Shown here: positions 13,826 to 27,590 of the stretch, in pieces
Numbering within the stretch: the first letter of the stretch is position 1
Layout: each line of letters starts with the position of its first letter
Source: Amoebophrya sp. A120
Taxonomy: Eukaryota; Protista; Dinoflagellata
DNA: 64,000 bases
Reading direction: 5' to 3'
Assembly: GCA_905178155.1 (NCBI GenBank)
Contig: CAJINV010000003.1
Coordinates: 6,485,691-6,549,690 of the forward strand
The notes under the pieces: model-generated
Databases searched by the model: none
What the model saw: only the letters and a program-made list of their open reading frames with translations
What the model was told of the DNA's origin: nothing
Made by a program: the position numbers and the translations under genes

Positions 13826-14491
13826 GCCGTGTTGTAGTTGTCTGTTTTGAGACCGTACCTTGGGTTATGAAATGACCTTTAATCATGAGGGTCTTCTCAA
13901 GGACTGGGTTTCGGCTTGATAGCGGGCCATCTGAATGTGTAAAAGCGCATTAATTTGACGCAATGAACACTCCGTCAGTAGCTGTGGTGTGCGCAAGCAA
14001 GTGAAAAAGTTCCGCCGGTCCATGGAGAAGACAGTGTAATCTCATTGAAATGAAAATCGAGGAAGTCAGCGATCACTCGTTACCGTCGAATCTCCTCGGT
14101 AAGATCAAAAATTATTCTTGAAAGGCGACGCATACTGAAAATGATCCTTGACGACCCGTTGAAGAGCTTGGTCAACAATGCGATGCCGAGAAGAAAAAAA
14201 AATCGCAGCATAGGACTCTTCACGATTATCTCTTTCGGTTCATGGGTTGCTCGTTGCGATGAATTTGGAAAACAGCGACCTTGCTATGAAGCTTGTCTAT
14301 CTCTACCTGAACCTATGAGAACAGATGAAAGTCTCGTTGTCCCATTCCACTTGAGTACTCACATTTTATTTTTCACACTGTGTGTCGTGTACTGTAGGTA
14401 CCTACTAGCAGTGCATCTAGCTCGTGTAGTATGCCCGGATAGTTGTAGAGCTAGAGCAAGCGGATCTGCTTGTGCTTTTGTTGCCACGAAA

Positions 14492-16408
14492 ATGACCACC
14501 TCGCCTTTAACGCGGAAAGCGGCTGTCCGGGCGATTCCCGGCAAGGGTATGGGTGTGGTGGCGCTAGATTGGATTAGCGCCGGCGAAATCGTTTTAGCAA
14601 GAGAAACGCCTCTTCTGCACATACGAGTTCCGGACGATGACACTAGCGACGAGGAGAGCAGCAGCACAGCCTCTTCGTCTGATGCCGAGACGGATGCAGG
14701 GGGTGAAGATGAATGCGAGCGACATCGTGGTCCTCAACGCTCGAGGCGAATTTCGTACCGCAGGACTAGGACTAGTACTACACACCATGATCACCCTGAC
14801 AACGACGTTAGCTCCTCCACGGCGCCAACGAGCGACAAGAAGCGACGAGGACCGTTTGCCAAGCCCGGCGACCTTGTTCGCACTCGCGAGGCGGTCGAGC
14901 GGGCCTACCGGGACCAGATTTTGAACGTACAGCAAATAGAACCCCATCTTCCAGATCACGCCGAGGGGGCGGTTTCGTCTTTCGAAGCGCGAGCAGGTCC
15001 ACGGGTTGTTGGAAAGCTGGACAAGTTGCTTGCGCTCTCTTCCTCTTGTTCGTCATCTGACGACTGTTCCGCAACCGGGGAGCGGCGTGTACTAGTCGCG
15101 CCTCAGACCGATGAAGAGACGAGTCTCGAGCGGTTGTCCTCCTCCGCAGCTGCTGCCGCCGCCGCAGAAGTGGTCGTGCAGAGGCTTGTCGAAATTGTCC
15201 AAAGCAACGGGTTCGCGGGGGTGGGAAGTGGCGCTTTTGGGTCTAGTGCGGGCTGTAGTGGTCCTAGCACAGGTTCACGGAAGATGCAAGAGAAACTGGT
15301 GTTTGAGTATCGGAGCCGGTTCAATCACAGCTGTGTTGCGAACGCCTTTCCTTGTCAGAGAGAGCCCTTTGGGAGACCCGAGGCATCAACATGGGAAGAT
15401 GAAACCGTTGTAGATCCAACTCTTATCCGGGCAGCTCGGGACGTGGCACCAGGGGAGGAAATTACACTGCCGTACATCTGGGCGGAGCTGTATCCTTTGC
15501 AAAAAAGGCAAGCACTGCTGAAGCAACAGTGGGGCTTCGATTGTGAGTGCGCGTTGTGCGGGCGGCAACGCCAGGAACAGAGAGATCATAGTGCCATGGC
15601 AGTGGAAGGGGTGGTAGAGGTGGACAGGGCTGCGCAAAGAGGCTTGAACATTGCCGCATCGGCTTCCATCCTGGAAGCGAGGACCCTGGCAGTACGCAAC
15701 AACTCCGATGATCGGACGCCGATACAACAGCTGCTCTGGAATCTATGCGCGGGCCCGCTGAGCAAACATGGCCAGTACGAGCTTCTTTGTGCGTTGGCCC
15801 GCGAAATCGAAAGCCTTCCGGTCTTTTCTGAGTTTGCGGACCAGGAAGGCAGTGGTGGAACAATGCGAGGGTACAAGACCCAAGACGTGGAGCCTGTGGC
15901 CTCCGGGACCGACACGTTACGTGGCGAGCTTTTCCGTTGGAGTAATTTCCGCGAGAGCTTGCGGCGCGGGTTCGCGCTGAGCAAGCTGTTTGCTGCGCAG
16001 GAGGGCCAGCTGCAGGAAAAGCAGCCAGCACGACATGTTCAAGAGCAGATGAGAGCGCCGAGACTAGACCAGAAGGCCAGCCTTGCTAGTTCCTGCAGAG
16101 CTGCACGTAAGTTCGCACTGCCACTGCCTTCGGTCACAGCGACTTCCTCCTTGCCCGCTAACGAAGCTTTGATCGGCGAAGAGGGGAGACTGAGGTTCGA
16201 GCAAGAACAGTTGTGGGCGCAGCACGTTTGCTTCTGGGCACGTCGACTGGTTTCCTATATACAGTGTTACCATCCGGATTCTGATTTTTTTCATTCGCAG
16301 GAGATGGATGGGTACAGAGATGCTCTTGCATTCTATGACGGGGTGGTCCTTGGCCCTCTTGCGACTCATGATGAAGCACATCACAGCGACAGCAAAATTA
16401 ACATATGA
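14492..16408 (+). CDS. SET-domain (SMYD-like split SET plus post-SET) lysine methyltransferase
   Basis: GKGMGVVA..I.AGEIV, RFNHSCVANA, AARDVAPGEEITLPY and GFDCECALC motifs; intronless. Confidence 0.92.
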   Translation: MTTSPLTRKAAVRAIPGKGMGVVALDWISAGEIVLARETPLLHIRVPDDDTSDEESSSTASSSDAETDAGGEDECERHRGPQRSRRISYRRTRTSTTHHDHPDNDVSSSTAPTSDKKRRGPFAKPGDLVRTREAVERAYRDQILNVQQIEPHLPDHAEGAVSSFEARAGPRVVGKLDKLLALSSSCSSSDDCSATGERRVLVAPQTDEETSLERLSSSAAAAAAAEVVVQRLVEIVQSNGFAGVGSGAFGSSAGCSGPSTGSRKMQEKLVFEYRSRFNHSCVANAFPCQREPFGRPEASTWEDETVVDPTLIRAARDVAPGEEITLPYIWAELYPLQKRQALLKQQWGFDCECALCGRQRQEQRDHSAMAVEGVVEVDRAAQRGLNIAASASILEARTLAVRNNSDDRTPIQQLLWNLCAGPLSKHGQYELLCALAREIESLPVFSEFADQEGSGGTMRGYKTQDVEPVASGTDTLRGELFRWSNFRESLRRGFALSKLFAAQEGQLQEKQPARHVQEQMRAPRLDQKASLASSCRAARKFALPLPSVTATSSLPANEALIGEEGRLRFEQEQLWAQHVCFWARRLVSYIQCYHPDSDFFHSQEMDGYRDALAFYDGVVLGPLATHDEAHHSDSKINI

Positions 16409-17410
16409 AGCAAGAAATAGAAGTGACGACATATCAGAACGATTACGATTTTAGAAAGACAGCCAAGGGGGCACAAAACTTTGTTTCCGTTGTAATCATC
16501 TTTTGCGTTCGTCGCGACAAGCAAAAGGTGCTTTTTCGTGCTTTTTTCTTGTCAGAGATCACCCGGCACCGCTGGTGTTGCAGGAGATCTCGGTGTGGTT
16601 TCGAAATGGTGCAGCACCTCTTCCTCGCACCACCGTTGCGTTCTTGTTTGCGGTTGAGCGCTCTGACGAGATGTCTTCGGAGAGGAGCAGTTTTTGGTTC
16701 TGTGCTGACACCAGCAATTCAAGTTGACACAAAATACCACGGCAAATACTAGTACAACAACAGCAGCCACCACCGTGGATGCGATTTTTCGTCTTCATCT
16801 TCTCATTGAGCATCGCAGGAAATGTCCATACACAAAGAAATACAACTATGTATACTTTGTTGAAGCAAAGTGTATCGATGATGAAAACATAATCCGAGGA
16901 CCCAGAGTCTGCATTCTCCAGGCGGCTACTTATTTATTTTCGTGGAGCAGTTGACGCAGATGTTCATCATAAATGAGTACAGTATCAATTTTGCGGCCGA
17001 TCACGAACAGGGGGTCGTTTGATCTTAAAGTTCATCAACACAGGTCCGCACGTATATATTGATTTTATCGATCCAGGATGAAGTTGGATGTTGTGGATCC
17101 CACAGCAATGTGCTAAATCAAACGCAAAAAAACGATGATCGATCGCGGCTTATTTTCGTGTCGATTTGATCTCTCAGCGACGCTGAGTGGTGTTCGTGCG
17201 CACTAGCAGAATCAGTAGTAGTTGCGAACGATTTCGTCGCTTTCATCGATTTGGTATTGAACTTATTGGTTTTAACGCGTAATCTCATAAAGCTTCGTTG
17301 TAGAAGACGAAGATACATATGAACCGAGACGTGACTAGTATTAGTTAACCTGGTCTTTTGTACTATTGTTTTTTTTCATACTAAAGTACTGTCCACATTA
17401 AAGGAAAAAA

Positions 17411-19004
17411 ATGCATCGGACGCGCAAGCCTCCTCCCGTGTCGCTTTTGGCGCAACCAAACCTAAGGCCGAGGGCCAAAGCTAATGCGCCACAGAGGGTA
17501 GCGCAGGCGGGTACGCTCCCTCCGGCACGCGAGAGGTCGCCACGACGGGAGATGAATCCCTTCGCCGATGACTATCCACTCGGCCGCGCGTCGAGCCACC
17601 CCGCATCAAATGCAGGAACGGCACCGTCCAATCCCTTCGTCTCTGGGGGCGAAGTGACCGGCGCTCCCGGAAGCAAGGCTGCAGCGATTCCGAAAACGTT
17701 GAGCAAGGCCGGTTCGATGTCCTCCGCAAAACCACCGGCGCCCACACGAGCTCCCGCGCCCTCCGCAGCTACCCTGTTTTCTTCGTCGATCAACCCGTAG
17801 CTATGTTTTTTTTCTATGTATAAACGTTCGTATTTTTTCAATCATTATGATCGAAGGAGCAGTGCCCAAATCTGTTTTACTATTTATCTTGCTTTGTAGC
17901 AGCCGCGTCTCCCTCGCGTGGGCTTTGTATGATTTTATTTTCGTCCAAGCCGTAACGTAGGCAAGATGCTGGCATGAGCAATCGTACATGATTTTTAAAA
18001 CAGCGTATTGTGCAATCCGGTCCCTGCGGAGCGAAAACCCAAACCCGCAGTGGGTATGAACACCATGGCAAATCCGGCCTATTCGATGCAGTCGGAATTT
18101 CGGGAGCCACCGAGGAGGCCGGCACCGGTTGCAGCTTCGAACGCTATGCCCGAATTTATCGACCCCAACAATTGCGGTGTCGTCCAGGGGTCCAACCGGC
18201 CACCCCTGTACCCCCAGGCAGTTTGCTACCTGCACGGGAAAACGCGGTTCGAGCACCACATGATACAAGTCAAACCCGGAGTGTTTCGCTGTACCTATGG
18301 CCACGAATGCAAGGGGCAGGAAAACTACGGCCCTCCGCTTGAGAACGGCACTGCGTACATATCTCGCTATAGCATCTCCATATTCGCGTTGTGTTCGTAT
18401 TTGCTCCTTCCTTGTAATCATCCGATCCTACTTCTAAGAAGTGTATCGACAGAACCAGTGCATCATTCAGCTACTTACTCAAGATTTACTTTGACCTACT
18501 AACTAGAATCAAAAGTTTGAGTCTTCAGGTTCAGGCGCCGAGCCTATGGACTTGAGGAGTGTGTCGCGTTGTATTTTCTTTTGTGCGCCAGGAAGGCATG
18601 CCACTCAAAATAGAAAATGAACGTAAAAGAGTCCGCCGCTCGTCTCTCTGTGAGGCGGGAGTGACAATTCGAGGCGGCACTTCTGCGAGAGATAGAGATA
18701 TATCGTAATCGTAAACAAAATGAAATTCAAATACAGGATCTGCAGTGTCCATAAGAAGGAGCGAGCGTCAAACTTATTGGAGCCAGACGGATTGGGCGGC
18801 ATGAAGTGCATGAAGGGCAAGGAGTGCAAGGGTTTCGGACCGGGGTTCGCGGAGCCTGTCCAGCCAGGCCAGATGCCTACAAACATGGCCACCTGTTTCG
18901 TGCACGGAAAGATACGAAAAAAGCAGTTTATGGAGTACCATCCTCCAGGCAAATACAAGTGCAAGCCCGATTTTCCCTGCAAGATGCCCGGACAGGGTCA
19001 TTAA
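17411..19004 (+). CDS. Pro-rich protein with three C-x2-H-x18-C-x5-C putative zinc-finger repeats
   Basis: Exons ~17411-17797, ~18020-18340, ~18738-19004; three repeats with identical spacing. Confidence 0.7.
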
Positions 19005-19953
19005 CATTGACGATGAGCAGTACCGGGACCACAGCGACACAACTTCACCGCTTTTAAATGGTACGCGACATGAGGACATTCTCTCTTTTAGCCTATGGTA
19101 CAAAACGGATTTGACCGCACGTCGCGAAGTTGATCAAAAATATTGGTCGCTGATTGCGCGGGTTCCACCAAGATGCTTGCGAGAGTGGACGCATTGCATT
19201 CTCTCCAAAGCGCGCTTGCAACTTTGCTTTAGGTTTGTAAAGTTCTTATGATCTATTACTTCGATGGATGGTCTGTCGAATTCGAAACTTGATCAGATCA
19301 GGAAAGCGATAGCGTATTACTTTTTCATTCGATCGAAAAACGCAAGTTTTTTTTCTGTGTGACACAAATACGTACTGTAAGATCACGCCAATTCGATCAT
19401 CTCTGGTATGATAATAAGCCGCGATGTGGCAATAGTAGATCATCGAAGCCTTAGTTTTGCTCGCAGTATGCGATAGCGGCGTGTGTTGTCTGTGTGCGTT
19501 GCGCGTCATGGTAGGAAAAGAAATGCTTGAGCTTTTATGCAGGAAATAAAAAAACCGAAATCATGATGACGAACTAAAAAATCACAGGGGATTTCTACAT
19601 TTGTAAGTACTTCGCCCACGTGGCACGTATAGTGCTGTTATTTCTCGATTTTATACATTATTGTACAATATACTACTTCCGTCGCATTGCATTGTGTGTT
19701 TGTTTCGCCTCTAGTCCGCCCCTAGAGCGTCATCATCTTTAGCTACAGTACCTAAAAGTAAAACTTCACTAAAATTTTTTCTGAAAAAATTTTTTTAGGG
19801 AGTCCGATGCAAACTACTTTTACTAGTTCTGAGGCCACCGTAGGAGGAGCTTCTTGCAGCTGACCATACATAATTGCATCTTCTTTTTTCGAAGAAGCCC
19901 GGACAGGTAGTTACTTGTTTACAGCTCGGGTGTTTTGAAGCAAAAAGCCTAAG

Positions 19954-20493
19954 ATGACGAGGCATACTGGTGTGGTCGTGAAGTGGTTGAACCACAAGGG
20001 TATTGGTTTTATTACCCCCGACAGTGTGAAGGAGAACGAGAAGGGCGATGGCGATGCAGACTCCAACGCCAGCGATATTCTGGTGCACTTCCAGCATATT
20101 CAGCAGACTTCCGGGGACGGATTCAAGTCGCTGCAGAACGGGTCCCAAGTGGAGTATGACTTGGAAGACGACCCGAAGCACCCGGGCGAGAAGATGATCG
20201 CAATCAACGTGACCGGACCCGGCGGTGTCGACTGCACCCCGAAGCGGAAGGGCGGCCAAGGCGGAGGCGCCAGCAGCCCGGAAGGTAACAAGCCCAAGAA
20301 CAACAACGGAAAGAAGGGAAAGGGCAAGGGCAAAAAGGGAAAGAAGGGCAAGGGCAAGGGAAAAGGTGGTTACGGCGCCAGCAGTAGCAACACCTACGAA
20401 GGCGAGGGGGAGCAGCAGGAGTACTTTCAACAAGGAGATGTTTCAATTTTATTTTTCGGCAGAGTACGTAGAAACAATAACAAAACATACTAG
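19954..20493 (+). CDS. Cold-shock domain protein with Gly/Lys-rich tail
   Basis: [19 protein letters not shown] (RNP1), DILVHFQHI (RNP2), [22 protein letters not shown]. Confidence 0.92.
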   Translation: MTRHTGVVVKWLNHKGIGFITPDSVKENEKGDGDADSNASDILVHFQHIQQTSGDGFKSLQNGSQVEYDLEDDPKHPGEKMIAINVTGPGGVDCTPKRKGGQGGGASSPEGNKPKNNNGKKGKGKGKKGKKGKGKGKGGYGASSSNTYEGEGEQQEYFQQGDVSILFFGRVRRNNNKTY

Positions 20494-23346
20494 AAGTGAA
20501 GTTTTTACACTTAGACGAATAGAGCTACAACTAAAACGATGAAAATGCTGCGTGACTAGCTACAGCCGTTGTGGTCGAGAGTGTTGTGCCGAATCAATGA
20601 AAAACAAAAAACTACTCCTGCTCATCTACAGGTCTTGCTAGCTCTCCGCGAAGAAGATTTTTCTCTCATCAAGACGTACGTCTGGAAAAGTGAACAAGAA
20701 AACGGCATCAAGCGGATGACGTTGTTGTAAGTCACAACAAGCGGCAGTAGTTACCAGCTGCGTCTGTTGAAAATTAATATACAAATAAATTGGGCGACCG
20801 CGACGAAGTTTTTTTGCCGGCCAGCAAGTAGAGCAAGTAAGTAAGCAGTATGACTATCGGGGTATTGAGAATATTACCACGCGCACAACGAGGATTGAAG
20901 TACCGAGACGATGCGAAGAAAGGGGACCAAGTACTAGATTGTTCGTAAGAACGAAACAATATGAGGATGATACGGACCGTAACCAGCGGCGCTATCGCGG
21001 GGCCATGATTGTGTCATCCATCAAAAACATCACCAGCAGCATTCTCCGTCTTCATCATCAAGCACTTCTTTAAACATACGAGGAGGCGAGTAGAAGATCT
21101 CGATTGATACCATAAGTGAAAAATACTGACCCCCAAAAAATTAGCGGCCTCGTTCCGGTAAAGTCTGAGAATGGAGACCGGCTGAAGTGTAGCTTATCCG
21201 CTACATCATTTTGCGACCAGCTTTTCTCCGGTTTTTGAGTTTTAGCTTCGCGTCACTGGAGAATGATGGTAGTGTGCTTCGAAATTCTCAAACAACCACG
21301 ACGTGCTGGCCGCTACTGCGCTATCTACCAAGGAGAGGGGGCGCGTATGTTTTCAAAAAAAAAAACACAAAAAATAGAAATCAGCTTTACTAGAGTTGCG
21401 CTTGCAAGTGGGTTTCTCTCTGTGCAAGTGCATTCCCATTCCTGCTATCCCGGCTCTATCATATTATTGCAGCATATTCTGTTAGAGAAAATCCAAAATG
21501 TTGTATCCTCACCCATCCCTGGAGCGATCTACATACATCGCGACCTAGTAACTACTGTATGAACTTCGGCGTAGGACAGCCTACTGATTGTGGTTGGACT
21601 GGTTGTGGATGGACAGTGGATTGGGTGGAAATAATTATTCTCAAGCGGAGAATCTGAACAGGATTTTCATTTTGCACTTGCTTTTTCGAACCAAAATAAA
21701 CAGAAACATAAAACGACGACGCGAGCTTTGCTAGCACGGTCGGCGAATTTCGTTCATGCGTAATATAAGTAGCAAGCACCAAAGAAAAAGAATTTTTATT
21801 TTTCGCATTCTTGTAGTTTGTCTTTGTAGTTCTAGTTGTACTACCTGTTTGGCACAGTGCCTGTTCTATCGGAGTTCTATTTTTCCTCGCAGACGTCTCA
21901 TCAAAGAAGCAGATAAGTCGTATACTGCCACCGACAGCAGCAGATAACAGAAGCATTTTTTTCTCAATAGGTGTAGTTATTCTTATTGTGCTCAAACCGA
22001 AGCACTTCTAGACACAAGCGGTGTCTACTGGCGAAAGCTGTCATGGGTTTTTAGTAAAAACGCTGCAGTCCTTGTCTGGCTCGCAGCCGATAAGCCTTAT
22101 GATCTGTTTGCAAGGAGTGAAAATACAATGAATTCTGCTCTACATCGCCGAGTTCTGACGATGTTGTTGAGCAAATAAGTGGCACAGTAGGTGGGAGCGA
22201 TTCACCTTGATATCGCGTGAAGTATGGTTTGTATTTGCTCTTACCTCAGGAGTTGCTTCGAGCCATAGACATATTATAGGCATTGAAAGCTGTTGCAGCA
22301 CAGCAATATGAGCCAGAAAAAAAAGAAAAACGCGCAAGTCACACTTAGCTTCCGAATGGTAGCCATTTTAGTTCACAGAAAAGTTTGCAACATTATTTCA
22401 ACAAGATGACAAGCGGTCTCTAGTACTCCCACGTGCGATGTTGAGTCGACAAGCGGTCACTCCGCACGCTCAACGATGTACATGTTGCAAAAAGGACCGC
22501 CGCTCGATGAAGAAACATAGTGATAGTGCTATTTCAATCGCGCGTAGGGGTGCATTTATTCATCGAGAATACAAAGATTTGTTGTGCTGTATTTTACAGG
22601 CGTAGAACAAAATAAGAAGACGCAACAAATGTTAACCTGCAGACAAAAAACGACAAACAAAAGCGAAAGCGGTAGCAATACACTATGTGACATAAGGAGG
22701 CCTATATATAAGACTTCCCTCTCCTGGAGGGATCTTACACAGCGATATGAGATAGGACCGACATGAAGCAAGCGGCTTTGGATCTGGGTTTCATTTCATT
22801 CCCCCCAGAGTCGTCCAAATTCACCTCGATTCAGCAGAAATAGAGGAGTTTTTTCTGGACAACCTACTAACTAAATAAAACGAACATAAAGAGATTCTGA
22901 ATCTGAAGGGAAAGAAATGCGACGGTTTTATGTTCGCCCCACGGCCACGTCAAAAGAAGACTGTTTTTGAAGATTGCGCCCCTGGTTCTGTCATTTTTCT
23001 GCAGCAGCGTCTGTGGTGTGTACTTTCACCAAATGAAGATCAAGGCAAACAGCAAGCTGGACCTGCGTAGTGTGCAGTAATTCGCGATCTTCGAACAAAA
23101 GAAGCCTGTCGCAGTACTTACAGCCAAGCTAGTACTTATCTGTGAGCATGTCGGAACAAGAATGAATTAGAATTTTCTCTCAGTGTCAATATTTTTCGCC
23201 ATTTGCATTATTTTAAAGGCAGCGCAAAAATATTCGACCTTTGGGTTTGGTTTTGGCTCGCAACATTCGCCGAAAGCCACACACAGACACACCATTGTTG
23301 TAGCAGAACTGGGACCTAAGACCACTAAGCGCGAGGAGACATTATA

Positions 23347-25507
23347 ATGCGAGGGGTACTGATGCAGCCCATCGGGTTTCTTCGTCCGGTGGTGCGTTCT
23401 TTCGGAATGTTTCTGCATCCCTGTAGTGTTGCGGGACTTGCGTTGAATCTACGATCAGACCCAGTGGCCAGGCCGTCCGACTTTGTGCCAAGACCTCGGC
23501 CGAGGTCACTAGAGGACGAGTATGGCAATGGCTATGAGAAGGTCGAAAGTAATGCGCCTCGATCCCAGAACCAGTACCGGATGAAAGTCGGGCGCTTCAC
23601 GATTACTCCGGCTGAGGAAGACGAGGATAGCATGCGCGACGATCTTCCAGCGACTGTGCGAGCGCTAAGTAGAACGCGGACCGCTAGCGGCGGCAACATC
23701 GTGGAATTGCTGCACAAAAGGCCGCCCTCCGGCAGCACCACAAAGAGCTCGTGCTCGTCGTACAGTCCTGGTAGTTCGTCTAGCTCGTGGTCCCCGTCAG
23801 AAGTGCCCCGACCTTTGCTGTCAACTAGCGGCGCAGGGGTGAGTAACATGGTAAGTAGCAAGAACCAGGCACTCCGTTGCGCTGCTGGAGAGCTGCAACC
23901 ATCTGCGGTAGAAGCAAAGGTTTGGGTTTGGCAAGATGTCGGCGCAGCTGCACGGGAACACGATTTTGGCCCACGGCGCCTTGTTTTCCTAGCAAGCTTC
24001 TTGGACGATGAGAGTAAACAGCAGGAGTTTTGTTCCACCTCTGAAATCAACGACGAGGACCGTCGAGACCGATGCGTAGGGCTAGTCGTATCCCCAAATA
24101 AAAAAACGAAAAAGACCACAGGGACCACAGCCAGAGGTCTAGGGGTTTTTCGCCCCAGTGCGCTGCAGTCTCCTAAGTATTACGGTCTCCATTGCGAGGA
24201 CCCAGGGATTTTCAGTATTCCCGAAGAGCAGTCGCCGGACTGTATCACGCAGACGCCAGCAAGCAGTTCAGGCTGCTACACGGACGTGCCGTCGGCTTCC
24301 TCAGACTGGGAGACAGACGAAGCAGCAATGGTGATGAAGACAGCTCCGGCGGCCGACGGAGGCACGGCAGGTGAAACTAGCATTCTCATTGGTGTGAATA
24401 AGGAGCCCCCACCAGCACCAGAGGAGCGCATTCACGGAGGCCCGTCGAGGACTAGAATTGAAAAACCTGGCTTTTTTTTTCCCGCCATTGTCGACGAGTT
24501 CATTCCTGAGGGTATTTCCAGAGAAGTCCAGCAGGAATTCTATGCGCGACAGGAACTTGGGGGGCAACTTGGGACGGTCGTTCGAGATATGGTCCACATT
24601 CAATCTGGAGGTCAGTACGTAGTAAAATATATCGCGAATGTTTGAAACTCTGTGGTTCAAATAAAGTAGATTCATCATGAGGAAAGAATGCCAGCGCGGA
24701 GCCGTGGACGACATTTCACAGTTTTGTTTTCTCATTTCAAAAGACACTCACTCACACGACGTCAGTTCACCTGTTAACGTGTGCACACATATGAAATTAT
24801 TTCAAGGTTTGGATACTTGTACGCGGTTCGGCGCACCTACAGTGTCTTTTCGGGCCTGCGTGGCACGCTCTTGTCGTGCACGGCTAGCGGAACGAGCGAG
24901 AGAAATTCCTTCTCTCAATGCAGTTCCAGCGTCGCGTGTGTGGCTCCCGGCTTCGGAGCAATTGTTGTCCGATGTTCTCACGCTTGTGTGTGCCAGAAGA
25001 AAACAAGTTTCGCTGCGAACGCAAACTACATGCTCCCGAGGGCTAGCGGGCCAAGCAGGTGATGCGGAAAACGAAAAAGATGCAACAGCAGAGGAACGAC
25101 TTTTGCAGCTCCACCCAGACAACCGCCGTACAAGCGCCTGCAGCGCCAATCACGAGGGGCACCCGAAGAATTCCCGGAGCGCAATGCTGCGAAACAAAAG
25201 CGGAGAAAGTGACACCTCCTGGCATCGAACCTCACTCCTGACGTCGACTTTGGCAGACGCAGACTGCACGATTTTACTGAAAGATGATAAAAAGAAATCT
25301 GGCGCTCCGGCTGTTTCCCTTACAGAGCAATACGACACCGCTGTGCGCTGGGATGCCGTGGGAAATATACTGCATTTCTACCTTGTCCAATCCGATGCGT
25401 TTCCTGCAGCGTTGCGCGGTTTGTCGAACGAGGGAGCCCTGCGGTTGAACTTGATCACTGGCGCCGTTGACGTATTCCCAGAATTAATAGCGCGAGGAGC
25501 ATTCTAA
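23347..25507 (+). CDS. Hypothetical Ser-rich protein, two exons
   Basis: 432-aa ORF plus 276-aa ORF separated by a ~165-nt intron with TTGAAA/TTTCAA inverted ends (~24641-24806). Confidence 0.5.
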
Positions 25508-26759
25508 AGTTATCAAAAAAAGAGAAGAGTTATCGATTTGAATGCACATGTCGCGGTACTTACGTTTGTAAGTTGTGTTTTGTTTCGAATTTAAAACCTA
25601 TCAGAACTCACTTGAATTTTTGACACTGCTTTGAAGCTTTAGTGCCGTCTGAGGCACTGCAGTTTTTTGCGTCGCACGGTGGAAAAAAAATGTTTTTTTC
25701 TGGTGCTGCGAAAGAGGGGCAGGTGTAGAGCAACTGCCGAGCCTTAGCGTAAACAAAATTCGTTCTTGTCATGTAATATTTCGCGAAACAGATGATGATG
25801 AAAACGAAAATTTTCCACGACAGCGCCCACCTGTCATGTACCCCAATACCCGAGATGACAGGCGGCGAAAACATGATGACAGTTTTCATGTATTTTGAGA
25901 ATAAAGATGAAGATGATTGATCACATACCTGGGGACCAACAGTAAATGCGTACGTGTACAGGTTTTTTGTGCAGGTGCGCAAGTGAAATTATAAGTTGCT
26001 ATCTGTCTGCTGCCCTCCGGATCGCTCGTGTAGATTCTTTTCTGCGATACTAATGAATGCAACACATTTTTGATTTTGATATTGGAAACGAACGAGCAGA
26101 GCTACACATATGAAATGTTTTGGTAAAGGTAACTTCATGATGATTGCCGAGGGAATCTCTTGTCGAATTTGATATTTCATGTCGAGTGACAAACACCTGC
26201 GGTGCACCGGCGAGGAGCTGCGTACATTTGCGAACAAAACGATTTCATCCCTGAGGCGCAAGCCTACATGTCGCAGCGACAGAGCCTGCCATTCGTGTTC
26301 GGTTTATGCTCACGCCGACCCAGACTTCGAAGATCAATAACGATCCACCGCAAGAAGGTCATTATTAAGCAGTCTGCTTTTTGTCTTTCACGGAAACACG
26401 AGTGGTACGCAACCGCAACCGCAAAAGCGATGCGGTACTTTATTAAAGTAGCGCTTTTCTACACATGGATGCCGACAGAGAACATCATTACAGAGGCAGG
26501 TCTTCTCGGTTTAGTGCTCAGATGCAAGAGTAAGGATGTATGATAACCAACGACAGGCAGAACCTCTTCTGCCGCGTCTTTCCAAATCCAACAGCTACCT
26601 ACTCAGGCTATAATGAGACTCCAGGGGTGTCGAACAATAGGAGTCGGTAAGGGACAGTCTAACGCTGAGAGTCGAGCAGATGTAAATCATCAGAATAATC
26701 AAGCCGTGCATGTTTTTGCTGTTCGCGCTGCCCTTCGTTCAGTTTATAATTTTGTCGGG

Positions 26760-27590
26760 ATGACTTTCTTCACATCTTATGCGTCATGTTCTTCGTCTGG
26801 GTCTGCAGCCCAGCAGAGCGACAGTGATAGCGCCACACGGCCAATGAAGCAGGTAGCGCTTTTCGGCGGAAGAACGGAGATTCGAATGAGCGAGCAATCC
26901 GTGTGGCGCTGTTTGTACGGTGCGAGCTTCGGCCTTGTCGTCCTGAACGCGGTAAAGCTACCACTGCTCCTGCCGAAATTGTCCGCCCGCCACCGCGGCG
27001 CGCCTTATTTGCCTACTTCCCGGAAGGCCCTGGACACGCTATTCAATCGTCTGCTTCCACCGCCGCAGCGTGGACCGCCAGGGAGCACAGAAGGAGCAAA
27101 ATTTAATCGTGTCAGAATGCGCCTATTGGATCTGGGCTCCGGTGACGGACGTATTGTTATCGCCGCAGCGCGGCATGGATACCACGCGACTGGGTATGAG
27201 CTCAATCCCTGGCTTTACGCCTGGTCTCAGCTCCAGCGCATCCGCACATTCGCCCGCAGCGCGGAAGAGCGCCGCAATTGCAGGTTTATCCTGGGCAATA
27301 TCTGGAACGTCGTCGGTTGCAGCAGTACTGCGCGGCAGTCGCAGCGGGAGGGCACAGCAAGAGGAACTACCGGTCGGCTGCAGCCAGAGGACTCCAAAAA
27401 TCTTGACAGATTCGATGTGGTAACGGTGTATGGCCGCCCAGGGGACCAGGTGATGGAACGCGTGTCGGATCTGGTGCAAAACCACTTAAGGCCCAAATAC
27501 CTCGTGTCCAACCAATTTTCGGTCCCTGGCCTAGAGAGCAAGTTAGTAAAGGACTTGGACGGTCTTAAGCTGTACAAGCTGGACGACTGA
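26760..27590 (+). CDS. Class I SAM-dependent methyltransferase, FAM173 (ANTKMT/ATPSCKMT)-like
   Basis: Hydrophobic N-terminal segment, APYLPT, LDLGSGDGRIVIAAA, GYELNPWL, VSNQF. Confidence 0.85.
   Translation: MTFFTSYASCSSSGSAAQQSDSDSATRPMKQVALFGGRTEIRMSEQSVWRCLYGASFGLVVLNAVKLPLLLPKLSARHRGAPYLPTSRKALDTLFNRLLPPPQRGPPGSTEGAKFNRVRMRLLDLGSGDGRIVIAAARHGYHATGYELNPWLYAWSQLQRIRTFARSAEERRNCRFILGNIWNVVGCSSTARQSQREGTARGTTGRLQPEDSKNLDRFDVVTVYGRPGDQVMERVSDLVQNHLRPKYLVSNQFSVPGLESKLVKDLDGLKLYKLDD

Noticed and set aside
19795-20433. 212-aa minus-strand ORF
   Set aside because: Antisense shadow of the cold-shock gene
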